Of a DNA stretch of 64,000 nt, positions 1 to 9,789 are shown piece after piece. Under the pieces are notes generated by a model. That model did no database searches, was not told the origin of the DNA, and saw nothing but the letters and a program-made list of their open reading frames with translations. This DNA comes from Thermoproteota archaeon. Lineage in GTDB: Archaea > Thermoproteota > EX4484-205 > JAAOZP01. A program made the translations under genes and the position numbers. The stretch lies in assembly GCA_049700215.1 (NCBI GenBank), contig JBNAVT010000005.1:1-64000 (forward strand), given 5' to 3'. Position 1 is the stretch's first letter, and each line of letters opens with the position of its first letter.

Positions 1-682
1 CGCCGTAACTTGGGACACGCCTATGACTGACCCGGCCTGGTTCACGATAGCCAGGCACATGGCGAACGCTGGCCACTGGAACGTGTCCTTCGGCCCACTG
101 TCCGGCGGGTTCCAAGTAACGCTTTACAAGCTCGCCTACGAGCTCAGGATGAGGATGAGGGATTTCCTGATAGCTTTAATCATCGGCATGATTGTGCTGC
201 TGTTCGTGTTTGTTCCGCTGGACACCTACTTCATATTCAACACGCAGGGCGGTGTCAACCAGCTGGGTGACCGTGTGTTCACATGGTGGCCCTGGGTGGC
301 AGCAGGCTACTACCACAGGGGCAGGTGGGCTGGGCCAGCTGAGCTGACAGTAGAATACTCTCTTGAAATATGCTACGGCCTTGGAATACTCTTGGCGCTT
401 GTGCTCTACATATTGAAGCTTAAGGTTCCGCTCTTCTGGTTCATAAGCGTTCCAGCGCTCTACATATCCATGACTATACCGACATACATGTGGTTGACCT
501 CGCTGATCGCGATAATAATAAAATTCGTCGTGATCAGAACTATCGGAATAAAGAGGTATGAGGAGTACGCTATGCCCATCGTAGCAGGATGGATACTGGG
601 CTTCGGCGCCATGTGGCTGCCCGCCGCGCTGCTGAACCTTGGAGTAGTATTCCCGAAGATGCAAACCCTGTTCCGACCGTAA
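1..682 (+). CDS. Multi-pass membrane protein, C-terminal part; probable OPT-like (DUF6784/DUF6785-type) transporter, 5'-truncated by the window edge
   Basis: The frame is open from position 2 and encodes several hydrophobic helices. The C-terminal 'KFVVIRTIGIKRYEEYAMPIVAGWILG' resembles OPT-like transporter C-termini. Confidence 0.6.
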   Translation, partial: AVTWDTPMTDPAWFTIARHMANAGHWNVSFGPLSGGFQVTLYKLAYELRMRMRDFLIALIIGMIVLLFVFVPLDTYFIFNTQGGVNQLGDRVFTWWPWVAAGYYHRGRWAGPAELTVEYSLEICYGLGILLALVLYILKLKVPLFWFISVPALYISMTIPTYMWLTSLIAIIIKFVVIRTIGIKRYEEYAMPIVAGWILGFGAMWLPAALLNLGVVFPKMQTLFRP

Positions 683-685
683 AAC

Positions 686-707
686 CATTTTTTTCCCATC
701 TTTTTCG
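686..707 (+). terminator. Oligo-T archaeal terminator candidate
   Basis: Two T tracts lie directly after the stop codon at 682. Confidence 0.4.
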
Positions 708-742
708 GAATCTTCTCCAATATCAGTTGGTTTCAAGTCTGA

Positions 743-757
743 CGGAAAGTTTTTAAA
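743..757 (+). promoter_or_regulatory. BRE + TATA box, probably giving a leaderless transcript of the gene at 780
   Basis: cggaaag-tttttaaa ends about 22 nt before ATG 780, and no SD is visible. Confidence 0.6.
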
Positions 758-779
758 AACGGTGGCGTAAGACGAGTTG

Positions 780-2201
780 ATGACACCGAGTTTTAAGATA
801 ATGTGCCTGCTTCTCGTAATCATGCTGATAATCCTAGCGTTTTCACTCTACGACTTATCCATTTTAACGAGATCAACTAGGGAGCTTAACCGTCAGCTCG
901 CTGAATACGTTGAAAGCTTCAAAAGCCTGGCAAGCCTTATATCAAGCCTCTCCTATGATTCTTACGGTGGGACGTTGCGTGTTAAAGGTACGGCTACAGG
1001 CTTCTTCCACGTTGAGAAGATTGACGGTGTCTGGTGGATCATTGACCCTGAGGGAAACGGCTTCATATCTAAAGGGGTGAATCATGTCAGCTTCGACGGG
1101 GATTATTCTCCTTCTCTCGGATACAGCCCGTATAATAAGGCTGTTCTGAAGAAGTATGGCGGCGTCGAGCCTTGGGCAAGAGCCACTGTGGAAAGGCTAC
1201 GCGGCTTCGGCTTCAACACGATTGGCGCATGGTCCAGCAGAGAGCTATACGGGCTTGGAACACCATACACTGTAATCCTCGACATTGCTGCTTCAGCCGG
1301 CTCAGAATGGCTGAGCGGCAGCGTCATAGACTATTTTTCGGAGAAGTTTGAGAAGATGGCTGATGAGGTTGCGGAGAAGATGTGCGCGCCCCGGAGGGAC
1401 GACCCGTGTCTCCTGGGCTATTTCACCGACAACGAGCTGAGGTGGGGGCCAGACTGGAGGTCTTCAAAGCATCTTTTCGACGATTATCTTGCTCTCGGAA
1501 AGGATGCTCCAGGTAAAAGAGTGCTAGTCCAGTATTTAAGGGAGAAGTATGGGAGCATAAGCGAGCTTAACGCTAAATGGGGGTCTGGATTCAACTCTTT
1601 CGAGGATATTCTGAATATCTACGAGCCTCCCGGCGGAACTTTGGATTCCGACAGGCTTGGCTTCCTAGAGGTTGTTTCAAAAAGGTACTTTAAGGTTTGC
1701 CACGACGCGATAAGGAAGCATGATCCCAATCACCTCATACTGGGATGCAGGTTCGCCTTCAGGCCTCCGGACGAGGTTTTGAAGGGGTGCGTCGGATACA
1801 CGGACGTGGTTTCGGTTAACAACTATGGGTGGGAGCCTCCCCTGGAGGACCTTAGGGCTATAAACCGTCTAACGGGTCTTCCAGTAATGGTTACCGAGTT
1901 CTCCTTTAAGGCCAGGGACTCTGGCCTGCCTAACACTAAGGGTGCTGGAACACCTTTGCCGACTCAGGGGGATAGGGCTGAGCGTTTCGAAAACTATGTC
2001 AGCAAAATCTTATCCGAGCCCTACCTGGTTGGCTACCACTGGTTCCAGTACTCAGACCAGCCTGCGCAGGGCAGGTTCGACGGGGAGAACAGTAACTTCG
2101 GCCTTGTTAACATTGAGGACGAGCCGTGGACGGTTCTAGTTACCAGGGTTACGGCGGTTAATCTTAAAGCTGAGCTTATTCACGCCGGGTCGAAGGTTTA
2201 A
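780..2201 (+). CDS. Membrane-anchored glycoside hydrolase, GH50 (agarase-like)/clan GH-A
   Basis: N-terminal TM helix and helical spacer, followed by TGFFHVEKIDGVWWIIDPEG, GFNTIGAWS, GYFTDNEL (acid/base), VTEF (nucleophile) and GRFDGENSNFG. Confidence 0.8.
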   Translation: MTPSFKIMCLLLVIMLIILAFSLYDLSILTRSTRELNRQLAEYVESFKSLASLISSLSYDSYGGTLRVKGTATGFFHVEKIDGVWWIIDPEGNGFISKGVNHVSFDGDYSPSLGYSPYNKAVLKKYGGVEPWARATVERLRGFGFNTIGAWSSRELYGLGTPYTVILDIAASAGSEWLSGSVIDYFSEKFEKMADEVAEKMCAPRRDDPCLLGYFTDNELRWGPDWRSSKHLFDDYLALGKDAPGKRVLVQYLREKYGSISELNAKWGSGFNSFEDILNIYEPPGGTLDSDRLGFLEVVSKRYFKVCHDAIRKHDPNHLILGCRFAFRPPDEVLKGCVGYTDVVSVNNYGWEPPLEDLRAINRLTGLPVMVTEFSFKARDSGLPNTKGAGTPLPTQGDRAERFENYVSKILSEPYLVGYHWFQYSDQPAQGRFDGENSNFGLVNIEDEPWTVLVTRVTAVNLKAELIHAGSKV

Positions 2202-2266
2202 AAGGCTCACCGTAGTATGTGTGTGCAATCCAACTGTTCAAAAAGGCTCGCGTGAATTCTGAAAAT

Positions 2267-4026
2267 TCACTTCAGCAACTTGAAGAACTCTTCCATACCT
2301 TCCCTGATAAACTCTTCCTCCAAAGGCCCGATGGGCGTTTCAGTTTCAACTATTCTCCCGGGTATCCTCATGTTCCTATGGTTGAAGCCCTCTCTAGCTT
2401 TAAACACGTGTTTACTCTTAAGCGTCTCAACCCCAATTCTGTTCAAGTCTTCAAGAGTAATATCTGGATAAAACCCGATGGTCCTCAGGGATTCTAAAAC
2501 AATATCAGGCTTGTAGACTCCTCTCGCGAAGAAGCATACCACTAGGCTGGACAAGACTTGGCGCCAAGACTCCTCCTTAAAAAGTGCTTCAGCAACCTGT
2601 CTAGGCGTCATCCTGACCCCTGTTTTAGCATTATCCTCGTCGACACTATACCCTGCGCTATCCAGGTGACTATGCCTGGCACCCGTGAGGAAGGTGAGGT
2701 GTGCAGCCGGCCCAGTATGGTAGCCAGGCATCTCGTTGCCTCCGAAGGAGAGTGCGAAATCAATTCCCCCGTATTTCAACGCAGCCTTCTCCACGCCCTT
2801 TGCCAGGGTTGAGTAGAACTCGTTCGGCTGGGAAACGATCCTTCTGACAGCCTGCCTGTAGGCCTCCCCGTTACCCCATTTAAGCCCAAGCCCCATTGTT
2901 TCAACGCTTGTGACGAGGCCTTTCTCATAGGCTTCAGTAGCCCAGGACAACACGACGCCCGTGCTTATCGCGTCAAGCCCCTGCGTCTCAACCTCGTCAA
3001 CAAGCTTCAACAATTCATCAGTCTCGGTTAACCGAGCATAGAGCCCAGCGAGTATATGGGCTCATAGTCATAGGGAACCATGGTTGTCTTGTAGAAATAA
3101 GGCTCGTCCTCATATGGCTCCCTGAGTGTCGCTAAATGTATACAGGCAACAGGGCAATGGGAGCAGGAGACCCTCCTGCCCAAGTGTTTCTCAGCAAGCT
3201 TCTCGCCTGAAATGTTTTCAGCATCCTTCAGGCTTGTCTGCCTAAGGTTTAACGAGGGCAGTGCTTTAAGCTCACTCAGGGGAATAACGTTGGAGGCTGT
3301 TCCAATATCATGATACTTCTTCATCAGCTGCGATTTAACTGTCAACTGGAGAATCTTGTCGTAGAGAATCCTGTATGCCTGAGGGTTGTCGACCTTCACA
3401 GAGTGTTTTCCAGCTATCATTATCGCCTTCAGCTTCTTACTGCCGAAGACCGCTCCTAAGCCGAGCCTACCGAAGTGACGGTAGGTTTCAACAATCACGC
3501 TAGCGTATGAAACCATTTTCTCACCGGCCCTGCCTATTCTCATGATCGTCCTCAGCCCTGCTTCAGACTCCAGCTCCCTCACTATCCTTCCAACAGTGTA
3601 GCTGCTTTCAACCCCCCATATTCCTGAAGCATCTCTGAAATACACTCTCCCCCCGTAGATGGCTAGGTAAACAGGTGTTTCACTAGTCCCCTTGATCACT
3701 ATCGCTCCGTAGCCCGCCATTCTTATCGCGCTCGCGCTTCTCCCGCCCGCGTGGCTCTCGCCAAGGTTTCCCGTCAGAGGGGACTTGAACATGGCGACTG
3801 TTTTAGAAGCCATCGGGAACAGGCCTGTCAAGGGGCCGACTGCAAATATTATCGGGTTCTCGGGGCCGAGTGGGTCTGCTTTCTCGGGGCACTCCTCCAG
3901 CAGGAGCCTTATGGCAACACCTGTTCTCCCCAAGTGTTTCTCAAACAGGTCCGGCCTGCTTTCCACGTGGAAGCTTCTCCTTGAAAGGTCTATGTAAAGG
4001 ATTTTATCCAGTTTCACGCTGCTCAC
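2267..4026 (-). pseudogene. aor: Tungsten/molybdopterin aldehyde:ferredoxin oxidoreductase split by a 1-nt deletion near 3030
   Basis: The N-terminal half (KSPLTG, GRLGLGAVFGSKKLKA, CSHCPVAC, YEP) stops at SMLG-TAA. The C-terminal half (GLDAISTG, GNEMPGY, SSLVVCFFAR) continues in the adjacent frame as TETDELLKLVDE. Confidence 0.85.
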
Positions 4027-4422
4027 CCTCCCTCAGCCCTATCACCCCGTAGGGACAGTAGTTGGCGCAGTAGCCGCAGTGAATACATATGTTAGGCTTG
4101 TTCACCTCATTATCCCAGAAGACTGCTTTAAGCGGACACGCGTCTACGCATCTCCCGCATCCAATGCACTTCGAAGGATTAAGCGCGACCCCTCCTCCCC
4201 TCCTAAGGGATAGCGCGTTAGCCACGCAAACCTTCATGCACGGCGGGTCTGGGCAGGCTCTGCACACTATGACGGTGAAACCCCTCTCCACCCCTCCGAC
4301 CGACTTAACTCTTATGGCTGACTTGGAGAACCCTCCCTCGCCGAACCTTCTTGAGCATGCAAACATGCAGAGCTGGCATCCGACGCATTTATCAATATCA
4401 GGACCGTCAGCCTTCTAGCCAC
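4004..4422 (-). pseudogene. 4Fe-4S polyferredoxin subunit of the AOR operon, 1-nt deletion near 4401
   Basis: SD gggagg and GTG at 4422 give MARRLTV, but DIDKCVGCQLCMFAC is in another frame that has an upstream TAG. The tracked ORF from 4366 lacks the first CxxCxxC, while the later Cys motifs are intact. Confidence 0.8.
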
Positions 4423-4566
4423 TATTCCTCCCTTCAATAATCGCTTTTTCAGCCTTAAATAATTTTAATTCTAACGGTTTGAAGCAGCAACCCTTCGACT
4501 CCGAGCGGTGGCCGATCGCTTGAAAACATAAATATTGAAGGAGGGTGGCTTAATTCGTGAGTAAAG

Positions 4567-6873
4567 ATGGAGGATAAGCCTGTTTACCTTGACTCCTCAG
4601 CCCCTGTTGAGCTCAGGGTTAGGGATCTTTTGAAAAGGATGACGCTGGAGGAGAAGCTTGCTCAACTCCAGTCAGTCTGGCCGAGGGTTTTCGGAGTGGC
4701 GGCTATGCCGCGTGAAAAGCTGGAGGATCTTCTTAAAACGGGCGTAGGGGAGTTGGCACGCCTGTCAGGAGCCCTAGGGGTTAATCCTGGGGACGGTGCT
4801 AGAATGGCTAACGAGATCCAGAGGCTCCTGATTGAGAAGACTAGGCTTCACATACCTGCTATTGTTCACGAGGAGTGTTTAGCAGGGTTTCTGGCAATGG
4901 GGGCTACAGTGTTTCCTCAGGCGATAGGCTTAGCAAGCACGTGGGATCCCGAGCTTGTTGAAAAAGTCGCTTCAGTGATAAGGAGGCAGGTTAGGGCTTC
5001 GGGAGCCCATCAGGGTCTTGCACCTGTTCTGGATGTTTTGAGAGACCCGAGATGGGGCAGGACGGAGGAGACCTACGGCGAGGACCCATACCTGGTTGCA
5101 AGAATGGGGGTTGCCTACGTAAAGGGCCTCCAGGGAGAGGATTTGAGGAAAGGTGTCATAGCAACCGTCAAGCATTTTGCAGCCCACGGTTTTCCAGAAG
5201 GCGGGAGGAACTGCGCCCCGGTTCACTCAGGCCCTAGGGAGCTAAGGGAGGTTTTCCTGTTTCCCTTCGAGGCCGCGGTTAAGGTTGCCGGGGTCCTATC
5301 GGTTATGAACGCTTACCACGAGATAGACGGGGTTCCCTGCGCCTCCTCGAGAATGCTTCTCACAGATATCCTTAGGGGGGAATGGGGTTTCCAAGGGCTT
5401 GTTGTCTCAGACTATTTCGCCATCAGGATGCTTGAAAACTTTCACAATACTGCTAAAGACGCTAAGGATGCTGCAGTCCAGGCGATTCAAGCCGGGATTG
5501 ATGTCGAACTTCCCCATGTAGACTGCTACGGGGAGCCACTGCTGCAGGCTGTTGGAGAGGGCAGGGTTTCCGAAGGGCTTGTCGACCTAGCTGTCTCAAG
5601 GGTTTTAAGAGCCAAGTTTCTACTAGGCCTTTTCGAAAACCCTTACGTCAACCCTGAGGAGGCTAAAAGCCTGTTTGACAGGGATGAGGATAGGGCTCTC
5701 GCCCTCAGTGCTGCGAGGGAGTCGATCATCCTCCTGAAGAACAACGGGGTTCTCCCAATCCGGGAAACAGTTAAGTCGATAGCAGTTGTAGGGCCGAATG
5801 CCGACAGCAAGAGGAATCTACACGGGGACTATAGTTTCACGGCTCACATGGACATGGCTAACCCGCCGCCTGGGTACGAGGAGGTTTTCAAGGAGGGTGC
5901 GGTGAGGACGGTCAGCATACTTGAGGGCATCAGGAGCAGGTCTTCCGGAAAAGTATTGGTGAAATACGCTAAGGGCTGCGACATCACCGGGGAGTCGAGA
6001 GAAGGGTTCGACGAGGCTGTTAAAGCAGCCTTGGAATCGGATTTAGTGATAGCCGTGATGGGTGAAAAGTCTGGATTGTTTGAAAGAGGAGTTTCCGGCG
6101 AGGGGTGTGACAGGTTTTCCCTGGGGTTGCCCGGGGTCCAGGAGGATTTGGTGAGGGAACTCTGCAAAACCGGTAAGCCGGTTATACTGGTGCTTGTTAA
6201 CGGCAGGCCGCTTTGCCTGGGCTGGATGGCTGAAGATTGTTCAGCAATACTTGAAGCATGGTACCCTGGTGAAGAGGGGGGTAACGCTGTTGCAGACGTG
6301 CTCTTCGGATACTATAACCCGGGGGGAAGGCTTCCAGTTTCTTTTCCGAAGGACGCCGGCCAGATTCCGCTGAACTATAACAGGAAGCCCTCGTCGTTCA
6401 GGAGCTACGTCGGGATGGATGCTAAGCCAGCATTCTCATTCGGCCATGGTTTAAGCTACACGGTCTTCGAATACCGTTCTCTCGAGATCGAGCCCCAGGA
6501 AACCAGTTCCACAGGCAGTGTTAAGATACGTTTTAAGCTTACGAATGCTGGCGACCTGAAGGGCGACGAGGTTGTTCAGCTTTACGTTAGGGATCCGGTG
6601 GCAAGCGTCACCAGGCCGGTGATGGAGCTTAAGGGGTTCAAAAGGTTGAATCTTGAGCCAGGGGAGACTAGGATGGTGGAGTTCACGCTCTCCACCGAGC
6701 AGCTTGCCTTCTACGATGAGTACATGAGGCTGGTGGTTGAGCCAGGTGTCTTCGAAGTCTTTATCGGCGGTTCTTCAGAGGACATAAGGCTTAAAGGCAG
6801 TTTCAAGGTTACGGGTGAAGCTAGAACCATAGGCTTTAGAACAGTCTTCTTCAGCAGCGTTCAGGTGAAATAA
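4567..6873 (+). CDS. GH3 beta-glucosidase/beta-xylosidase
   Basis: MTLEEK, HEECLAG, RDPRWGRTEETYGEDP, KHF, VSDY (nucleophile), FGHGLSYT and a C-terminal Fn3-like domain. Confidence 0.95.
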   Translation: MEDKPVYLDSSAPVELRVRDLLKRMTLEEKLAQLQSVWPRVFGVAAMPREKLEDLLKTGVGELARLSGALGVNPGDGARMANEIQRLLIEKTRLHIPAIVHEECLAGFLAMGATVFPQAIGLASTWDPELVEKVASVIRRQVRASGAHQGLAPVLDVLRDPRWGRTEETYGEDPYLVARMGVAYVKGLQGEDLRKGVIATVKHFAAHGFPEGGRNCAPVHSGPRELREVFLFPFEAAVKVAGVLSVMNAYHEIDGVPCASSRMLLTDILRGEWGFQGLVVSDYFAIRMLENFHNTAKDAKDAAVQAIQAGIDVELPHVDCYGEPLLQAVGEGRVSEGLVDLAVSRVLRAKFLLGLFENPYVNPEEAKSLFDRDEDRALALSAARESIILLKNNGVLPIRETVKSIAVVGPNADSKRNLHGDYSFTAHMDMANPPPGYEEVFKEGAVRTVSILEGIRSRSSGKVLVKYAKGCDITGESREGFDEAVKAALESDLVIAVMGEKSGLFERGVSGEGCDRFSLGLPGVQEDLVRELCKTGKPVILVLVNGRPLCLGWMAEDCSAILEAWYPGEEGGNAVADVLFGYYNPGGRLPVSFPKDAGQIPLNYNRKPSSFRSYVGMDAKPAFSFGHGLSYTVFEYRSLEIEPQETSSTGSVKIRFKLTNAGDLKGDEVVQLYVRDPVASVTRPVMELKGFKRLNLEPGETRMVEFTLSTEQLAFYDEYMRLVVEPGVFEVFIGGSSEDIRLKGSFKVTGEARTIGFRTVFFSSVQVK

Positions 6874-6949
6874 AGGCTCTTTCAAGGATTTAACGTCAAG
6901 GCCAGCGTAGGAAAGAATAATAAAGGCTTAGAGCCGGTTTTCAAGCAGG

Positions 6950-8227
6950 ATGGCTGAGGAGCAGTTCTTCCAGATGTTCCTAAGCGGGCTGCGTGAATCA
7001 GTAAGCAGGCTGAGCCCGCTGAGCTTCAACTCGTCGCCCTTCAAGGCTTCCTATCTTTCAAAATGGTGCCCCTATGATGAAGCATGCGAGCCGGATGGAG
7101 CCGTAGCGGCTTGCGATGGAAGCATCAGCGAATCCAGCTTCTCCGGAGGCTTGGTTGTCTGGGTTGCTAGATCCGTGGCACATGTTTACTCGAGGGGAAG
7201 CGAGCCGATCAGCCTGCTGGAGGCTGGGGTGGAAGCAGGCTATAGGCTTCAGGGCAGAGAGCTGTTTCTAAGGGCTCTGGAGCTTAGGACGCTGAGGCGG
7301 GCTTTGGAAAAAGCCTCCCAGTCGCATGGAAGGGTCTTCGGTGTTTTCGACGGAAGCCTCTACCTGACTTTTCTCCACCACAGGGACCGCTTAAGGGCTT
7401 TTTCAAGGGTTTTTGAGAACTACGTTAGGGAGCTGACTCTTCTACTAAGGCTTGTCGACGAGGAAAGGATGGTCGTAGGCCTTTCAAAGGACAGTGACAT
7501 TAGCTACCTCAGGGCTAAGATAATGATTGATATTCTTCACAGCCTAGATCCTGAGCTTGCTGCCGAAGCTAGGGGGAGAAGCATAAGGAGGATTAGGGAA
7601 GTTTTAGGCGAGAAGGTTAGGGGTTTATCTCCAGACTCGATGTTGAAAACCTGTTTCGAGGAGTTGGAGCAGGATTTTTCAGATGAAGGAGTATACAGCG
7701 AGATAGCCCCAGGCCCAGGGTTCACGAAGCCGCTTCTCCTCGCGCCGCAGACTATTTTCCTAACCGGGGAGGCTAAGTCAACCAGCTGGTGGGACTCAGG
7801 GTTCAGGTCGCGTCTAAAACGGGATGAGGAGTTGAAAGGGGTTCTCGAGGCGCTTGACGACTACTTCTCAAACCCTCCGGTGGCGTTAACATACTGGAGG
7901 CCTAGTGTGAGCCCCAGGGTCTGCAGGGTCGACGTGCCTTCAAGCATTCTCGGGTACGGTGGCGCGGGTGGAGGCCTTTCGGGAGACTTTTTCATAGATG
8001 ATTCAGGCGTTGAAAAAGCGAAAAAGATATTCGGCGTGTTAAACAGGCTGCAGCACGAGCCTCATGTTGTACACCCGCTTGCTGAAGTAGACTCTATCGC
8101 TAGGCTTAGTAGGAGCATCTACAAGGATGCTTACGAGCCTGTTGTTGTCGAGGAGCTGAGGAGGAGAGGTTTTAAAGCAAGCCCTAGGAGGAGAAGCATT
8201 AGGGATGCTGTGTTGAGGGGATATTGA
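6950..8227 (+). CDS. nurA: NurA-family 5'-3' nuclease
   Basis: ACDGS, FDGSL and GLSKDS motifs, C-terminal HPLAEVD helix, and a TGATG overlap with herA. Confidence 0.85.
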   Translation: MAEEQFFQMFLSGLRESVSRLSPLSFNSSPFKASYLSKWCPYDEACEPDGAVAACDGSISESSFSGGLVVWVARSVAHVYSRGSEPISLLEAGVEAGYRLQGRELFLRALELRTLRRALEKASQSHGRVFGVFDGSLYLTFLHHRDRLRAFSRVFENYVRELTLLLRLVDEERMVVGLSKDSDISYLRAKIMIDILHSLDPELAAEARGRSIRRIREVLGEKVRGLSPDSMLKTCFEELEQDFSDEGVYSEIAPGPGFTKPLLLAPQTIFLTGEAKSTSWWDSGFRSRLKRDEELKGVLEALDDYFSNPPVALTYWRPSVSPRVCRVDVPSSILGYGGAGGGLSGDFFIDDSGVEKAKKIFGVLNRLQHEPHVVHPLAEVDSIARLSRSIYKDAYEPVVVEELRRRGFKASPRRRSIRDAVLRGY

Positions 8228-9783
8228 TGGAGCCGCTTGGGAGAGTAATAGAGGAGTCCACTCCATACGGTTTCGTTTTTAAAACAGGTATAGATAATCC
8301 GGTAGCCCTCCACGACTATGTCTTCGTAGAGGTGAATAATTTTGATGATGGAAGGCTTGAGAAGGTTAGGGTTTTAGCAGAGATCGTTGGCCTGGCTTCT
8401 AAAAACCCTCTTGCGACGGAGAGGCTGGCTGCTGAGCAACAGGTGTCACCATATTCCTACAAGCTGGTTTCAACAGAGGTGGTGGGGTATCTTAAGGATG
8501 GGCGGATCATGAGGCCGAAGGTTGCTCCAGACCCTAACGCACCCGTCTACAGGGCTGACGACGAGCTTCTTCAAACATTCTTCTCAGGGGTAAGGAGGAG
8601 GATACCCCTGTACGTAGCGATGCTTCTCAACAGGCCCATGGTTAGGGTTCCTATACACCTTCAGGACCTTCAGTTCCATTTAGGCGTTTTCGCAGCCACT
8701 AGAGCGGGTAAATCCTATTTCGCAGGCAGGTTGATCGAAGAGATTCTTTTGAACACGCCTTTCCCAGTAGTCGTCATAGATATTCATGCGGACTACGTTA
8801 TGATGGATAGGCTGGTTGAAGGCGGTAGGCATGGCGACTTCAACATTGTTGTCTACTATCCACCCGGTGCTCCAAAAGTAGGCGGCGTGACCGCTGAGCA
8901 GAGGGAGCTCCAGCTAAGCCCTGAGCAGCTGACGTACGAGGCTATAATCGCGCTTCTTGGAACCACTCTTGGAGAGAGGCAGAAAATAGTTTTGAGAAAC
9001 ATTTTGAGGAGGCTTAAATCGGAGAGGCGTCCATTCGGGCTGGGGGACATAACTGACTCGATCAGGAGCAGGCTGGAAGAAACCGATAGTAATGGTAAGC
9101 CTGTGCTTAAGGGGGAGGACAGAGCCAGGTATGAGAGTCTTCTCGCTAGGCTGGAGGACTTGGGGGAGGAAGTCTCGCTCCCGCCAACCGGGATGAGTGT
9201 CTCCGGGCTGCTGGCTCCGAAGACGCTGAGCGTTATCTGTCTAAACGGGCTGCGTTCAAGAGTTCAAGACGCTTACGCAAGTATAATCGTAGACACATTG
9301 TTCAGACACCAGGTTTCAAGCAAGAGTGACGAGAAGAATTTTACCCCCGTCTTCCTCTTCATTGAAGAGGCTCACCGCATAGCTTCTGAGAAAAGCGGGG
9401 GTTATGCTGTCAGAACCATATCAACAGCTATAAGGGAGGGTGCTAAGTTTGGGCTCTTCATAACCCTGATAAGCCAGCGTCCGAGAAACATAGACCCAGA
9501 CATATTGAGCAACGTTGGGAATTACGCGGTGATGAGAATAACCAACCAGCAGGATCAGAGCGTGATAGAGAATGCGAGTGAAAGCTTTTACCATAGGCTT
9601 ATAGAGGATCTTCCAGGGCTAAACCAGGGGGAGGCTGTGCTCGTCGGGCCTTTCGTACCTCTTCCAGCTCACGTGAAGACCCTGGACAGGAGGACTATTC
9701 ACCACGGTGTAACGCCTGAGCTCAGAAATATCATGGAAAGGATTAATGAGCAGCTTAGGCAGAGGGAAACGGGTAAATGGTGA
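8227..9783 (+). CDS. herA: HerA helicase/ATPase (HAS barrel + FtsK/HerA ATPase)
   Basis: N-terminal HAS barrel, Walker A AATRAGKS, Walker B FIEEAH, REGAKFG, ISQRP and PGLNQGEA. Confidence 0.9.
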   Translation: MEPLGRVIEESTPYGFVFKTGIDNPVALHDYVFVEVNNFDDGRLEKVRVLAEIVGLASKNPLATERLAAEQQVSPYSYKLVSTEVVGYLKDGRIMRPKVAPDPNAPVYRADDELLQTFFSGVRRRIPLYVAMLLNRPMVRVPIHLQDLQFHLGVFAATRAGKSYFAGRLIEEILLNTPFPVVVIDIHADYVMMDRLVEGGRHGDFNIVVYYPPGAPKVGGVTAEQRELQLSPEQLTYEAIIALLGTTLGERQKIVLRNILRRLKSERRPFGLGDITDSIRSRLEETDSNGKPVLKGEDRARYESLLARLEDLGEEVSLPPTGMSVSGLLAPKTLSVICLNGLRSRVQDAYASIIVDTLFRHQVSSKSDEKNFTPVFLFIEEAHRIASEKSGGYAVRTISTAIREGAKFGLFITLISQRPRNIDPDILSNVGNYAVMRITNQQDQSVIENASESFYHRLIEDLPGLNQGEAVLVGPFVPLPAHVKTLDRRTIHHGVTPELRNIMERINEQLRQRETGKW

Positions 9784-9789
9784 GATGTG

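Noticed and set aside
176-823. 215-aa minus-strand ORF
   Set aside because: It is an antisense shadow of the membrane-protein gene with no recognisable motifs. The same applies to the many other short antisense ORFs in the track.
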